In this document: positions 63,656 to 64,000 of the stretch, one piece after another
Position numbering within the stretch: position 1 is the stretch's first letter
How the letters are laid out: every line of letters starts with the position of its first letter
Source of the DNA: Solirubrobacterales bacterium
GTDB lineage: Bacteria; Actinomycetota; Thermoleophilia; Solirubrobacterales; 70-9
Length of the DNA: 64,000 nt
Direction of reading: 5' to 3'
Assembly: GCA_041393495.1 (NCBI GenBank)
Contig: JAWKKA010000003.1
Span: forward strand, 99,448-163,447
The notes under the pieces: generated by a model
The model's input: the letters and a program-made list of their open reading frames with translations, nothing else
What the model was told of the DNA's origin: nothing
Database searches by the model: none
Made by a program: the position numbers and the translations under genes

Positions 63656-63707
63656 TCGCCCGGCGCCGACGCATCGGACCGCTTCGCGGGCTCGGGGGTT
63701 ACTACCG

Positions 63708-64000
63708 ATGCGCCCCGTCCGGGTCCGGCTCGAACCTGATCGGGTGAGCGAGCGGGAGGAGTACGTTCGGCGCCTCTGGAAGCGCTTTCGCGAAGGAGGC
63801 ATCGATGCGCTGCTCGCGGATGCGCCACGCGGCGTCGTCTGGGAGCCGTACGGCGCCGGCGATCGCCTGATCGAGCCCGACGAGCTCCGCGAGTTCTTCG
63901 CGAGCGTCGAGGGTGGGGGGTCGGGCCGGGAGGCGCTGATCTGGGAGCTGCACGAGGTCCGCGGGCACGTGCTGGCGATCGGCTCGGTGCGCTGGCCGGT
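63708..64000 (+). CDS. Hypothetical protein, N-terminal part (runs off the window end)
   Basis: Not in the ORF track (no stop). ATG 63708 gives MRPVRVRLEPDRVSEREEYVRRLWKRFREGGIDALLADAPRGVVWEPYG...LIWELHEVRGHVLAIGSVRWP with high GC3. The competing minus-strand ORF 63702-63968 looks less protein-like. Confidence 0.4.
   Translation, partial: MRPVRVRLEPDRVSEREEYVRRLWKRFREGGIDALLADAPRGVVWEPYGAGDRLIEPDELREFFASVEGGGSGREALIWELHEVRGHVLAIGSVRWP

Overview
This is a very GC-rich, actinobacterial-type chromosomal segment. Codon third positions are almost all G/C, and the gene content resembles Thermoleophilia or Actinomycetes; I cannot assign a species. I support about 62 protein-coding genes, 4 tRNAs (Ser-GGA, Ser-CGA, Cys-GCA, Val-GAC), one IS481-family insertion sequence, three gene relics, two non-coding tandem-repeat arrays and several hairpins and palindromes. 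There is no rRNA and no CRISPR array.

Most of the window is ordinary core chromosome:
- glnN (type III glutamine synthetase), ahcY, rlmN, tadA and a cyclophilin
- an efeUOB iron-uptake operon
- a polyamine-type ABC importer and an ABC-2 exporter with a TetR regulator
- an alkB-rubredoxin-TetR alkane hydroxylase cluster
- a fatty-acid desaturase
- an Rv1683-like hydrolase/acyl-CoA synthetase fusion
- three MBL-fold hydrolases and several secreted glycosidases

Many ORF-track entries are GC-driven antisense shadows or over-extended N-termini. I re-picked starts where motifs, RBSs or 4-nt start/stop overlaps supported it.

I did not find a convincing novel multi-gene system such as a defence island or a new CRISPR or retron type. 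The leads worth a second look are:
1. Two divergent promoter regions built entirely of tandem repeats, at about 6.3 kb and 41.5 kb.
2. A decayed mobile patch directly 3' of tRNA-Ser(CGA) at 50.0-53.1 kb. It holds an IS481 element with doubled terminal motifs, a DUF4160/DUF2442 pair, and ATPase and permease/USP relics.
3. A 1559-aa secreted S8 protease / FG-GAP / RTX fusion.
4. A 12-blade RCC1-like secreted protein with a recent 255-bp internal duplication.
5. Two genes whose coding signal extends upstream of any ATG/GTG/TTG start.
6. A tRNA-Val with C instead of U at position 33.

All functional calls come from motif recognition by eye and need HMM or BLAST confirmation.
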